A stretch of 64,000 bases of DNA from Candidatus Aminicenantes bacterium (GTDB lineage: Bacteria; Acidobacteriota; Aminicenantia; Aminicenantales; Saccharicenantaceae), in assembly GCA_963736255.1 (NCBI GenBank), contig CAVTOI010000002.1, forward strand, positions 273,576 to 337,575, written 5' to 3'. Shown here piece after piece: positions 35,172 to 44,803 of the stretch; the stretch's first letter is position 1, and every line of letters begins with the position of its first letter. A model generated the notes under the pieces. It was given only the letters and a program-made list of their open reading frames with translations. It did not search any database and was not told the DNA's origin. The position numbers were made by a program, and so were the translations under genes.

Positions 35172-35200
35172 TTGACCGGGATATCCAAAAGACCTAACAT
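35172..35200 (+). promoter_or_regulatory. Candidate promoter with palindromes in and after the spacer
   Basis: TTGACC-N17-TAACAT. GGATATCC (35179-35186) lies in the spacer and CCGATATCGG (35203-35212) lies just downstream of the -10. Confidence 0.4.
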
Positions 35201-35243
35201 TCCCGATATCGGCCTTCCTTCAGGCCTCCGCGGGAGGGTAAAA

Positions 35244-36134
35244 ATGAGAGTTTTCGGGCTCGTCCTCATGGCCTCCTGGCTGGCGTTTTGCTGCGGACCG
35301 GCCTATCCGGGCGGTCAAGATGACCTGGCCACCTGGAAGGAATTCGTGTCCGCCCTCAAGTCCGGCACGCTGACGGTGGACCGGATCCGGCCTCTTTACG
35401 GGGCCGACAAGGAACAACTTCTGAAATGGTTGAATGAATTGATGAAGGCGACCGGCGACAACGGCGCGTTGTCGGATTGGGACGCTCCGGAGATTATCCC
35501 CGTCGGGAACCTGGTCCATTTCGTGGTCAAGCTCCGGATCGGTCCCGAAGCGACGACCGAGCGGTCCTTGTCCTTTATCAAGGAAGGCGGCCGCTGGTAT
35601 TTTGGGCACATGGAAAACATCATGATCCGGCTCGACAGGATCCCGCCTCCGCCGACGTCGGACTTCCCCGCGCTGCCGGAGGAAACGATGACCTGGCAGA
35701 GGAACGAGATCCTCTGGTCGGACCTGGTCCGGATCTATCTCAGGACGGCGGAAAAAAACGGCAAGGACTTCGCGCTGAACCTGTTCAAGACCGGGTCCGG
35801 CTATTTCGTGGGGGCGACGAGCTGGGTGCCCTTCGTGCCTCCGGCGAGGGCTTTCATCCTCTACCTCTGCTGGGCGGAGAGCCGTCTTTACGGGAATCTG
35901 GTCACCCTGGAGAGGCTCACCGACGAAGAGGCCGTCGTCAGCCTGCAGACGCACTTCTTCTTTCTCTACAAAAGGTCCAGCCATATGAGGCAGTGGCTTC
36001 CCTTCGAAGAATACCGGACCATCTTCGAGACCATCTGGCAGGACCGGGCGGCGAACGCCGGGTGGCAGCTCGAGATCGAATACAAGGATCCGGAGTGCCT
36101 GCAGGTCGTTTTCCGCTTCCGGAAGAAAAGCTAG
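35244..36134 (+). CDS. Hypothetical secreted/lipoprotein-like protein (296 aa)
   Basis: GGGAGGG SD, then ATG 35244. MRVFGLVLMASWLAFCCGPAY... (signal peptide with Cys). Aromatic-rich and non-repetitive; no family recognised. The preceding part of the 778-aa track ORF is antisense to guaA. Confidence 0.7.
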   Translation: MRVFGLVLMASWLAFCCGPAYPGGQDDLATWKEFVSALKSGTLTVDRIRPLYGADKEQLLKWLNELMKATGDNGALSDWDAPEIIPVGNLVHFVVKLRIGPEATTERSLSFIKEGGRWYFGHMENIMIRLDRIPPPPTSDFPALPEETMTWQRNEILWSDLVRIYLRTAEKNGKDFALNLFKTGSGYFVGATSWVPFVPPARAFILYLCWAESRLYGNLVTLERLTDEEAVVSLQTHFFFLYKRSSHMRQWLPFEEYRTIFETIWQDRAANAGWQLEIEYKDPECLQVVFRFRKKS

Positions 36135-36213
36135 CGCGGGCGCCCGGCCGGCCCGTCCAAAACGCGCCCGGGTTGTGATAAACTGGCCTGGATCCCGTAA
36201 GGAGAATAAGCAC

Positions 36214-37416
36214 ATGGACTGGGAAGATCTCGCCAGAGAGCTGAGCCAACAGACGGATTCGAAGGTCGTCCTGCTCGTCATGGACGGCGTCGGGGGCCTG
36301 CCCGCCGACGGCCAGAGCGAGCTCGAGGCGGCCCGCAAGCCGAACCTCGACGCGCTGGCCAAGGCCGGCGTCTGCGGCGTGTCTGACCCCGTCATGATGG
36401 GCATCACCCCGGGCAGCGGTCCGTCGCACCTGGCCCTTTTCGGCTACGATCCGCTTAAATACCAGCTCGGACGGGGCATCCTCGAAGCCCTGGGCTCTGG
36501 CGTCGAGGTCGGCCGGAATGACCTCGTGGCCCGCGGCAACTTCGCCACCGTCCGGGAAGGCCTCGTAGCCGACCGCCGGGCCGGCCGCATCCCGACCGAG
36601 GAGAACGTCCGGATCTGCGAGTATCTCAACTCCCATCTTCCCAAGCACGACGGGCTCGAGGTCCGGGTCTTCCCGGGCAAAGAACATCGCTTCGTCGCCC
36701 GCTTCACGGCCGAGGGACTGGCCGACGCCCTCAGCGACGCCGATCCGCAAAAGGAAGGCAAGGCCCCTCTCCCGACGGCCCCCCTCACGCCCGAAGCCGC
36801 CAAGGCCTCGGCCATCGTCAACCGCTTCCTCGATGACGTCGCTGCGGTGCTCAAGGCCGAGGCCAAAGCCAACGCGGCCCTGCTCCGCGGCTTCTCCAAG
36901 TTCCCTTCCATCCCGACCATGCAGACCCTCTTCAAGCTCCGGCCGGCGGCCATCGCCAACTACCCCATGTACCGGGGCCTGGCCAAGCTTCTGGGCATGG
37001 AGGTCATCGGCGTCGGCGGCGAGACGGCCGACCTCTTCGACGCCCTGGAAAAGAACTGGGCCGACCACGATTTCTTCTACGTCCACTACAAAAAGACGGA
37101 TTCGACCGGCGAGGACGGCAAGTTCGGGGCCAAGGTGGCCGCGATCGAGGCCCTCGATCCGTTCCTGCCCCGCCTCGCGGCCCTCAGGCCGGACGTGCTC
37201 GTGGTCACCTCCGACCATTCGACGCCGTCCTGCCTCAAGGGCCACTCCTGGCATCCCAATCCGTTCCTGCTCGTATCGCCCACGGCCGGCACGGACGATG
37301 TCGCCGCCTTCACCGAGCGGGCCTGCGCGAAAGGGTATCTCGGCCGCTTCCGTTCCATCTCCGCCATGCCCCTGATGCTCGCTCACGCGCTCAAGCTGCA
37401 AAAGTACGGCGCCTAG
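36214..37416 (+). CDS. apgM: Cofactor-independent phosphoglycerate mutase, archaeal-type (ApgM family)
   Basis: AAGGAG SD, then ATG 36214. VVLLVMDGVGGLP...ELEAARKPNLDALAKAGVCG...ITPGSGPSHLALFGYDP...VTSDHSTP... Confidence 0.85.
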   Translation: MDWEDLARELSQQTDSKVVLLVMDGVGGLPADGQSELEAARKPNLDALAKAGVCGVSDPVMMGITPGSGPSHLALFGYDPLKYQLGRGILEALGSGVEVGRNDLVARGNFATVREGLVADRRAGRIPTEENVRICEYLNSHLPKHDGLEVRVFPGKEHRFVARFTAEGLADALSDADPQKEGKAPLPTAPLTPEAAKASAIVNRFLDDVAAVLKAEAKANAALLRGFSKFPSIPTMQTLFKLRPAAIANYPMYRGLAKLLGMEVIGVGGETADLFDALEKNWADHDFFYVHYKKTDSTGEDGKFGAKVAAIEALDPFLPRLAALRPDVLVVTSDHSTPSCLKGHSWHPNPFLLVSPTAGTDDVAAFTERACAKGYLGRFRSISAMPLMLAHALKLQKYGA

Positions 37417-37425
37417 AGGATCGGG

Positions 37426-37637
37426 GTGCGCCCTGAAGGCCGCCGAATATGGGGTCGAGGGGCATCGTCGGAGCGAGCATAAAGCGGTGATTTAGCCGAC
37501 ATCGGGACGGAGACGTTCACCGGCTCCGGACCGGGGCGGCGTGAAGAATCACCGCAGCGAGCGGAGATGATCCCCGAAACCCCACGGCGGCCGGCCGCGG
37601 GTGAGGACGGTAGACAAGACCTCCGGGGTTCTATAGA
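37426..37637 (+). repeat. Conserved structured intergenic element, copy B (short form)
   Basis: 37464-37499 ATCGTCGGAGCGAGCATAAAGCGGTGATTTAGCCGA and 37538-37583 GGCGTGAAGAATCACCGCAGCGAGCGGAGATGATCCCCGAAACCCC match copy A. Helix GCGGTGATT (37484-37492) pairs with AATCACCGC (37547-37555). It starts 10 nt after the apgM stop. Confidence 0.6.
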
Positions 37638-37648
37638 ATTGATACGAA

Positions 37649-38881
37649 TTGAAATCTGCGCGTAACAGCTTCGGGTTGCTGCTCCTCACGGCCCTCGTTC
37701 TCTCCCTGACGGCCGCGCCCCAGGACGACCCGCGGGCCGAGATCGTCAACCTCCGCCGCTATACCCACCCCAACTTCACCCGCGTCGTCATCGATATCGG
37801 CAAGCTCCGCGAATACACCTTCGGCGAGCTCCGCGACCCGGGGCGTATCTACGTCGACGTCCTCCAAGCCAAGCTCAATCCCATCCTCCAGGGCCAGTCC
37901 TATCCGGTCAAGGCCGAATATGTCAGCCAGATCCGGGTCTCGCAAAAGACGGCGTCCACGGTCCGGCTCGTCGTCGACGTCGATTTCTCGCGCATCCAAT
38001 CCTACCGCGTCTACCACCTCTTTGACCCTTACCGGCTGGTCGTCGACATCTACCCTCACGGCGCGGCCCAGGCGCCAACCCAGGCCCAGGTGCCGGCCGG
38101 GAAGCCCCCGCGTCCCGGCGACAAGGTCCAGCCGGCCGTCAAGCGCCAGGTCGATCCGAACGATCCGAACCTCAACGGAACGTCCCTGGCCCGCCAGCTG
38201 GGGCTCGGCGTCGGGACCGTGGTCATCGATCCCGGCCACGGCGGCCCTAAGCCCGGATCGATCGGCAAGAGCGGGCTCCAGGAAAAAGAGGTCAACCTGG
38301 CCATCGCCCTCGCCCTGCGCAAGCTGCTCCGGGACGCCGGCATCGACGCGATCCTGACGCGCGAGTCGGACGTCGACGTCGGGCTCGACGACCGGACGGT
38401 CATCGCCAACCAGAAGCGGGCCGACCTGTTCGTCTCCATCCACGCCAACGCCCACCGGGACCGCAAGCGCGGCGGCGTCGAGACGTTCTTCCTGAACATC
38501 AGCCCCGACCCTTCGGTCATCGAGCTGGCGGCGGCGGAGAACGCCACCTCGACCAAGAACATTGGGCAGATGAAGTCGATCCTCGAGAAGATCGTGCAGA
38601 ACAACAAGATCCAGGAATCTTACGACCTGGCCTCCGCCATTCAGAAGAACCTGGTCAAGGCCCTGGCCCGGGACCTGCCCGCGGTCCAGAACCTGGGCGT
38701 CAAGGGCGGCCCCTTTTGGGTCCTCATCGGGGGCGAGATGCCGTCCGTGCTTGTCGAGGTCTCCCACCTCAGCAACGCCAAGGAGGAGGCCAGGCTCAAG
38801 ACCGCGAAATACCGCGATCTGGCCGCCCAGGGCATCTATGATGGTATCATGGAGTATATTCACTCTCTCGGTAAAGGATAG
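37649..38881 (+). CDS. N-acetylmuramoyl-L-alanine amidase with N-terminal AMIN domain
   Basis: TTG start and signal peptide. AMIN-like region: IVNLRRYTHPNFTRVVIDI...YRLVVDIYP. Amidase_3 region: VVIDPGHGGPKPGSIG...EKEVNLAIAL...FVSIHANA...GVETFFLN. Confidence 0.85.
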   Translation: MKSARNSFGLLLLTALVLSLTAAPQDDPRAEIVNLRRYTHPNFTRVVIDIGKLREYTFGELRDPGRIYVDVLQAKLNPILQGQSYPVKAEYVSQIRVSQKTASTVRLVVDVDFSRIQSYRVYHLFDPYRLVVDIYPHGAAQAPTQAQVPAGKPPRPGDKVQPAVKRQVDPNDPNLNGTSLARQLGLGVGTVVIDPGHGGPKPGSIGKSGLQEKEVNLAIALALRKLLRDAGIDAILTRESDVDVGLDDRTVIANQKRADLFVSIHANAHRDRKRGGVETFFLNISPDPSVIELAAAENATSTKNIGQMKSILEKIVQNNKIQESYDLASAIQKNLVKALARDLPAVQNLGVKGGPFWVLIGGEMPSVLVEVSHLSNAKEEARLKTAKYRDLAAQGIYDGIMEYIHSLGKG

Positions 38882-38886
38882 GTCTC

Positions 38887-39786
38887 ATGAACAGACGCGA
38901 TTTCATGAAGGGCGTGGCCGCCGCCGGCCTGGCCCTCCGTTTCGGCCCCCGCGCCTTCGCCGGCCAGGCGGCCTCGATCGGCTCACTGCCCAGCCTGGCC
39001 GCGGTCGAGGGCGAATCGCCGGCGGCCATCACCCGCGAGGCCCTTGCCGTCCTCGGCGGCATGGGCAAGTTCGTCGGCAAGGGCGACAAGGTCGTCATCA
39101 AGCCGAACATCGGCTGGGACAGGACCCCGGAGATGGCCGCCTGCACCAACCCGGAAGTCGTCAAGACGCTTGTCGAGCTCGCCCTCGACGCCGGGGCCAA
39201 GAAGGTCATCGTCATCGACAACACGACCAACCAGGCCAAGCGCTGCTACGTCCGGTCGGGCATCCAGGAGGCGGTCAAGCAGGCCGGCGGCGACATGCTC
39301 TTCGTCGACGATTACCGGGTCAAAAAGATGGCCCTCAAGGGCGAATGGCTCAAGGAGTGGGAGATCCTCCTCGACGTCGTCGAGGCCGACAAGCTCATCA
39401 ACGTCCCCATCGCCAAGCATCACTCCCTCTGCCGCTTGACGCTCGGCGCCAAGAACTGGCTGGGCGCGACCGGCGGGGCCCGCAACCAGTTCCATCAGAG
39501 CCTCGACAAGACCGTGGTCGATCTATCGGCTTTCTTCAAGCCGCAGCTCACGGTCCTCGACGCCTACCGCATCCTCGTCCGCAATGGACCGCAGGGCGGC
39601 CGCGTCTCCGACACCGAGCTCCGGAAGACGGTCGTCGCCGGCACGGACCCCGTGGCCGTGGATGCCTTCGGGGCCTCGCTCTTCGCGGTCGAGCCCCGCG
39701 AGCTGCCCTATCTCGCCCTGGCCCGTGAGCGGGGACTGGGCGAGCTCGATCTGGGGAAGGTGCGCATTGAAAAAAGGAAGATCTAA
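38887..39786 (+). CDS. DUF362-domain protein with twin-arginine (Tat) signal
   Basis: MNRRDFMKGVAAAGLAL... (RRxF Tat motif); ...KVVIKPNIGWDRTPEMAACTNPEVV...VDDY...PIAKHHSLC... Confidence 0.8.
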   Translation: MNRRDFMKGVAAAGLALRFGPRAFAGQAASIGSLPSLAAVEGESPAAITREALAVLGGMGKFVGKGDKVVIKPNIGWDRTPEMAACTNPEVVKTLVELALDAGAKKVIVIDNTTNQAKRCYVRSGIQEAVKQAGGDMLFVDDYRVKKMALKGEWLKEWEILLDVVEADKLINVPIAKHHSLCRLTLGAKNWLGATGGARNQFHQSLDKTVVDLSAFFKPQLTVLDAYRILVRNGPQGGRVSDTELRKTVVAGTDPVAVDAFGASLFAVEPRELPYLALARERGLGELDLGKVRIEKRKI

Positions 39787-41380
39787 GAAGTACCGTTCGC
39801 TCGAGCGCCTGCGGATGGCCAGCCAGGCGATCTTCTTCGGCCTTTTCGTTTATCTATTCCTCGGCGCCCATTACACCGGGGAGGACTACATCGGCTCGAC
39901 CGTGCAACGCTTCTTCCACTTCGACCCGCTCCTGGCCCTGGTCACGATCGTCTCGGCGCGTCTCGTCTACGCGTATTTCGCCTTCGCCCTTATCACGGTC
40001 GTCGCGACCCTCCTCTTCGGCCGTATCTTCTGCGGCTGGATCTGCCCCCTCGGCGCCGTCCATCAATTCTCGTCGTTCGCCTTCAAGCGGACGAAATTCC
40101 TCAAACCGCCGCGCGAGGACAAGGCCAGCCTGGCCCCGAAGTACTATATCCTCCTCATCATCCTCGTCGGCGCCCTCCTCGGCCTCGATCTCGCCGGCTA
40201 CCTCGACCCGCTGTCCTTCCTGACCCGCTCCTTCGCCCTGGCCGTGCTGCCTGCGATGGCCCAAACCCTGTCCGGCCTGGGAGGCGCCCTCTATGGCCTC
40301 GGCGCCGCCGGCCTGGCCCGGTCGATCTCCCAGGTCCTCCAGAACTGGACGATCCACGTGACCTTCGTCCAGGGCTTCTCGGTCGGCCTGCTCTTCCTCG
40401 GCGCGATCGCCCTCAATGCCCGCAAGGAGCGCTTCTGGTGCCGCTACCTCTGCCCGACGGGCGCCCTGCTCGGACTCCTCAGCCGCTGGAACCTCCTCAA
40501 GCTCAAGATCGACGACGAGAAATGCATCAAGTGCGGCCTCTGCACCCAGCACTGCGAGACCCAGGCCCACCCCTACCCCAACGACCAGTGGAAGAGCGGC
40601 GAGTGCATCTATTGCGACAACTGCGCCTCGATCTGTCCGACGGCCGCGATCGGCTTCCGGCTCTCCTTGAAGCCCGAGAAGCTGACCAACGTCTCGAACG
40701 TCAACCTCTCGCGCCGGAAGCTCATCCTGACGACCCTCACCGGCCTCGTCGCCGCGCCCCTCTTCCGTCTGACGCCGGCCCACACGCGGGCCTCCCTCAA
40801 GCTCATCCGCCCGCCCGGGGCGCTGCCGGAGCCGAAGTTCCTGGCCAAGTGCGTCAAGTGCGGCCAGTGCATGAGGGCCTGCCCGACCGGCGGCCTCCAG
40901 CCCGTCCTGACCCAAGCCGGCCCGGAGGGGATCTACACGCCCACGCTCATCCCCAAGATCGGCTACTGCGAGTACTACTGCTCGCTCTGCACCCAGGTCT
41001 GCCCGACCGGGGCCATCCAGAAGCAGACGATCGAGGCGAAGAACAAGCTCAAGATCGGCACGGCCTGGGTCAACAAGAGCCGCTGCATCCCCTACGTCCT
41101 GGGCAAGCCCTGCATCGTCTGCGAGGAGCACTGCCCGGTCTCGCCCAAGGCCATCAAGTTCATCGAGTACGAGGCCACGCTCCCCGACGGCACGACGGCC
41201 GTCCAGAAGGCGCCGGTCATCGACCAGGAGCTCTGCACGGGCTGCGGCATCTGCGAGAACAAGTGCCCGGTCATGGACGACCCGGCCATCTTCGTCACGA
41301 GCGTGGGGGAAACGCGGTCGGAGACGAACCGGCTGCTCCTGGACATCTCGGGCGGGACCGCGTCCGATCCCTACAAATAA
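39767..41380 (+). CDS. Membrane-anchored polyferredoxin (NapH-like CX3CP TM module plus six 4Fe-4S motifs)
   Basis: FCGWICPLGA and FWCRYLCPTGA motifs in TM regions. Then CIKCGLCTQHC, CIYCDNCASICP, CVKCGQCMRACP, CEYYCSLCTQVCP, CIVCEEHCP, CTGCGICENKCP. The start is ambiguous (TTG 39767 or ATG 39815). Confidence 0.8.
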   Translation: MKKGRSKKYRSLERLRMASQAIFFGLFVYLFLGAHYTGEDYIGSTVQRFFHFDPLLALVTIVSARLVYAYFAFALITVVATLLFGRIFCGWICPLGAVHQFSSFAFKRTKFLKPPREDKASLAPKYYILLIILVGALLGLDLAGYLDPLSFLTRSFALAVLPAMAQTLSGLGGALYGLGAAGLARSISQVLQNWTIHVTFVQGFSVGLLFLGAIALNARKERFWCRYLCPTGALLGLLSRWNLLKLKIDDEKCIKCGLCTQHCETQAHPYPNDQWKSGECIYCDNCASICPTAAIGFRLSLKPEKLTNVSNVNLSRRKLILTTLTGLVAAPLFRLTPAHTRASLKLIRPPGALPEPKFLAKCVKCGQCMRACPTGGLQPVLTQAGPEGIYTPTLIPKIGYCEYYCSLCTQVCPTGAIQKQTIEAKNKLKIGTAWVNKSRCIPYVLGKPCIVCEEHCPVSPKAIKFIEYEATLPDGTTAVQKAPVIDQELCTGCGICENKCPVMDDPAIFVTSVGETRSETNRLLLDISGGTASDPYK

Positions 41381-41391
41381 CGCCGGGCGGT

Positions 41392-42369
41392 TCAGTCCGC
41401 CAAGGCCTTCTTCAGCTCTTCCGTGAGCTTCGGGACGACCTCGAAGAGATCGCCGACGATGCCGTAATCCGCGACTTTGAAGATCGGCGCCTCGGGGTCT
41501 TTGTTGACGGCCACGATATACTTCGAGGACGACATCCCGGCCAGGTGCTGGATGGCCCCGGAGATGCCCACGGCGATATAGAGCTCGGGCGATACGGTCT
41601 TGCCGGTCTGCCCGACCTGGTGCTGGTGGCCGATCCAGCCGGAATCGACGGCCGAGCGCGATGCGCCGACGGCGGCGCGGGGGAACGCGGCGGCCATGTC
41701 CCTGAGAAGGGCGAACGCGTCCGGACCCTTGAGGCCCCGGCCCCCCGAGACGACCACATCGGCTTCGGTGACGTCGAGCTCGGCGCTCTCCTCCTTGAGG
41801 ACCTCGGCGACGCGGCCTTTGACCGCGCCCTCGGGGACGGCGACCTCGAGCCGGACGATCTCCCCGGCGCCATTGCCGGATTCGGCAAGAGGGAAAACGT
41901 TCGGCCGGAGCGTCGCCAGCTTGGGCGAGGTCTTCAGCCGCAGGGAGAGGAAGGCCTTGCCGGCGTAGATGGGCCGCGTGAACTCGAGCGTCCCGTCCTT
42001 GACCGCGACCTTGGTGCAGTCGGAGGCGAGCGCGGCTCCGAGCCGGGCCGCCACGCGCGGCGCCAGGTCCTTGCCCATGGCCGTGGCTGCGAAAAAGAGC
42101 GCCGCTGGCTTTGCCTCGCCGACAAACGCGGCCAGGGCCAGGGCGTAGGACTGCGGCGAATAATCCGCATAAACAGGGTTCTCAATGACATAGACCTTGG
42201 CTGCGCTGAGGGCGAAGGCGGCCGGCGCCAGGCCGGCGACATCCGCGCCGACGAGGACAGCGGCCGTCGCGACGCCGAGCTCGGCGGCCCGCCGGCGGGC
42301 CTCGGAGAGGGCTTCGAGCGAGCTCTTCTTGATCTTCCCGTCCCGGATCTCCAAGTATGCGGCGATCAT
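41392..42369 (-). CDS. etfA: Electron transfer flavoprotein alpha subunit
   Basis: From ATG 42369: [15 protein letters not shown]...VVSGGRGL...SRSAVDSGW...[29 protein letters not shown]... Confidence 0.9.
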   Translation of the reverse strand: MIAAYLEIRDGKIKKSSLEALSEARRRAAELGVATAAVLVGADVAGLAPAAFALSAAKVYVIENPVYADYSPQSYALALAAFVGEAKPAALFFAATAMGKDLAPRVAARLGAALASDCTKVAVKDGTLEFTRPIYAGKAFLSLRLKTSPKLATLRPNVFPLAESGNGAGEIVRLEVAVPEGAVKGRVAEVLKEESAELDVTEADVVVSGGRGLKGPDAFALLRDMAAAFPRAAVGASRSAVDSGWIGHQHQVGQTGKTVSPELYIAVGISGAIQHLAGMSSSKYIVAVNKDPEAPIFKVADYGIVGDLFEVVPKLTEELKKALAD

Positions 42370-42382
42370 CGTTCCTCTCCTT

Positions 42383-43165
42383 TTATATGACCTTGGCTTC
42401 GTCCCGAAGAAGCCGCACGAGCTCGCGGGCCGTCTCGGCCGGGTCGCCCTTGAGGATCTTGCCCGCCTGCCTCGCCGCCGGCACGTCGAGCCCGATCGCC
42501 TCGACCGCGGAGACGAGCTCATCCGGTCCGAATCCCAGCTCCTCGAGCGTGACGGAAGGGATCTCTTTTTTCTTGGCGGCCATGATGCCCTTGAGCGTCT
42601 CGTAGCGGGGCTCGTTCAGCCCCTTCTGGGCGGTGACGACGGCCGGCAGCGAGAGGACGACTTTTTCCATGCCGCCCTCGATCTCACGCAGGGCCGTGGC
42701 CGCCGCGCCCTCGATCTCGAGCTTGGTGACGACGGTCGCCTGGGGCAACCCTAGGAGCTCGGCGACCATGGCCGGGACCTGGCTGTTGTCGGCGCCGACC
42801 GACTGCCGGCCGAACAGGAGGAGGTCGGCCCCGGCCAGGCGGCGCTCCACCGCCCGGGCGATGATGCGGGCCGTCCGCAGGCCGTCAAAGGTCTCCGGGG
42901 AGCCGTCCTTGACGAGCAGGACCTCGTCCGCGCCCATGGCCAGGCACTTGCGGAGGATGGCCACCGTCTCGTCCCGGCCGACGGACACGACGCGGACCGT
43001 GCCGCCCTTGGATTCCTTGAGGCGCAGGGCCTCCTCGACAGCGTACTCGTCATAGGGGCTGATGACGAAGTTCAGCCCGTCCTCGGCGATCGTCCGGGTC
43101 TCGTGTTGGATGCGGATGCGGGATTCCGTGTCGGGCACCCGCTTGACGAAGACGCAAATGTTCAT
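42383..43165 (-). CDS. etfB: Electron transfer flavoprotein beta subunit
   Basis: MNICVFVKRVPDTESRIRI...ISPYDEYAVEEALRLKE...LLFGRQSVGADNSQV... Confidence 0.9.
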   Translation of the reverse strand: MNICVFVKRVPDTESRIRIQHETRTIAEDGLNFVISPYDEYAVEEALRLKESKGGTVRVVSVGRDETVAILRKCLAMGADEVLLVKDGSPETFDGLRTARIIARAVERRLAGADLLLFGRQSVGADNSQVPAMVAELLGLPQATVVTKLEIEGAAATALREIEGGMEKVVLSLPAVVTAQKGLNEPRYETLKGIMAAKKKEIPSVTLEELGFGPDELVSAVEAIGLDVPAARQAGKILKGDPAETARELVRLLRDEAKVI

Positions 43166-43215
43166 GGGTCTCTCCTATCGGGGCTGGCCGGGCCTGCCGG
43201 CCCGGCCGGGCCGCG

Positions 43216-44478
43216 TCACGGCCGCTCGAACGCCTTCAGGACGAGCGCGCCGTTGGTCCCGCCGAAGCCGAACGAATTGCTGAGGGCATGAAGGATCGGG
43301 GCCTTCCGCGCGGCGTTCGGGACGTAGTCGAGGTCGCACTCGGGGTCGGGGAACTCATAATTGATGGTCGGCGGCATGATCTGGTGGAAGAGGGCCAGGG
43401 CCGTGATCCCGGCCTCGACCCCCCCGGCCGCGCCGAGCAGGTGGCCGGTCATGGATTTCGTGGAGCTGACGGCCAGCCGCCGGGCCTGGTCCCCGAAGAC
43501 GGCCTTGATGGCCAGCGTCTCGATCTTGTCGTTGAACGGCGTCGACGTGCCGTGGGCGTTGATGTACTGGATGTCCTGCGGGACGATGCCGGCGTCCTCG
43601 ATGGCCCGCCGCATGACCCGGGTGGCCCCGTCGCCGGTGGGGTCCGGCGCCGCGACATGATAGGCGTCGGCCGTCATCCCGTAGCCGACGACCTCGGCGT
43701 AGATCCGGGCGTCCCGCCGCAGGGCATGGCCGAGCTCCTCGAGGATGACGACGCCCGCCCCCTCGCTCATGACGAACCCGTCCCGCTTGGCGTCGAAGGG
43801 GCGGGAGGCCTTGGCCGGCTCGTCGTTCCGCTCCGAGACCGCCTTCATCGAGATGAAGCCGGCCAGGCTGAGCGGCGTCAGCGGGGCCTCGGCCCCGCCG
43901 GTGATCATGATATCGGCGTCGCCCCGGGCGATGATCCGGAACGAGTCGCCGATCGCGTGCGTGCCCGTGGCGCAGGCCGTGGCGTTGGCGCAGTTGGGGC
44001 CCTTGGCCCCGAAGCGGATGGAGATCTGGCCGGAGGCCTCGTTGATGACCGTCTGGATGATGAAGAACGGCGTGACCCGGTCGGGGCCCTTCTCGAGCAG
44101 GACCTTGTGGTTCTCCTCGATCGCGCCGAGGCCGCCGATGCCGGACCCGACATAGACGCCGGCCCGGTCGCTCTGGAGGTCGCCGGGCGGCAGGCCGGAA
44201 TCGCGCACGGCCAGGTCCGCGGCCCCCAGGCCGAAGCGGATGAAGAGGTCCATCTTGCGGGCCTCTTTGCGGTCGACGAAGGCGAGGGGATCGAAGTCCT
44301 TGACCTCGCCGCCGAAGCGCGTGGCGTACCGGGTCAGGTCGAAGCGGGTCAGTGGGCCGATGCCGCTCTCGCCGCGGAGAAGGGCCTGCCAGGTCTTGTC
44401 GGTCCCCGTGCCCAGCGGCGAAATGAGACCGATGCCGGTGACGACGACACGGCGTTCGGGACGACTCTCCCTGCTCAT
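43216..44478 (-). CDS. fabF: 3-oxoacyl-ACP synthase II
   Basis: [15 protein letters not shown]...NATACATG...NAHGTSTP...[14 protein letters not shown]. Confidence 0.95.
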   Translation of the reverse strand: MSRESRPERRVVVTGIGLISPLGTGTDKTWQALLRGESGIGPLTRFDLTRYATRFGGEVKDFDPLAFVDRKEARKMDLFIRFGLGAADLAVRDSGLPPGDLQSDRAGVYVGSGIGGLGAIEENHKVLLEKGPDRVTPFFIIQTVINEASGQISIRFGAKGPNCANATACATGTHAIGDSFRIIARGDADIMITGGAEAPLTPLSLAGFISMKAVSERNDEPAKASRPFDAKRDGFVMSEGAGVVILEELGHALRRDARIYAEVVGYGMTADAYHVAAPDPTGDGATRVMRRAIEDAGIVPQDIQYINAHGTSTPFNDKIETLAIKAVFGDQARRLAVSSTKSMTGHLLGAAGGVEAGITALALFHQIMPPTINYEFPDPECDLDYVPNAARKAPILHALSNSFGFGGTNGALVLKAFERP

Positions 44479-44518
44479 GGGGCGTACGATCCGAGGTTGT
44501 GCGGGACCGGGAGGGGGG

Positions 44519-44761
44519 CTATTTCGCGTGCCCCACGATATAGTCGATGGCCTTGCCGACCGTGGTCAGCTTTTCGGCCTGGTCGTCCGGGATGTCCAGC
44601 GAGAATTCGTCCTCGAGGGCCATGACGAGCTCGACGGTGTCCAGGGAGTCGGCGCCGAGATCATCGATGAAGGACGCGTCTTCCGTGACCTGCTCCTCGC
44701 TGATGCTCAGCTTGTCCGAAACGATCGCCCTGACCTTCTTGAGCAGTTCGTCTCTTTCCAT
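44519..44761 (-). CDS. acpP: Acyl carrier protein
   Basis: AAGGAGG-ACACC-ATG at 44761. [18 protein letters not shown]...[20 protein letters not shown] (DSL phosphopantetheine site). Confidence 0.95.
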   Translation of the reverse strand: MERDELLKKVRAIVSDKLSISEEQVTEDASFIDDLGADSLDTVELVMALEDEFSLDIPDDQAEKLTTVGKAIDYIVGHAK

Positions 44762-44803
44762 GGTGTCCTCCTTCAAGAATTCATAAAGATGATGGCGGAA
44801 CGC

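Noticed and set aside
37561-37583. Hammerhead-like GAUGA...GAAA string in copy B of the repeat.
   Set aside because: No stem II hairpin lies between the two motifs, and the GAAA is not conserved in copy A (GAGG).
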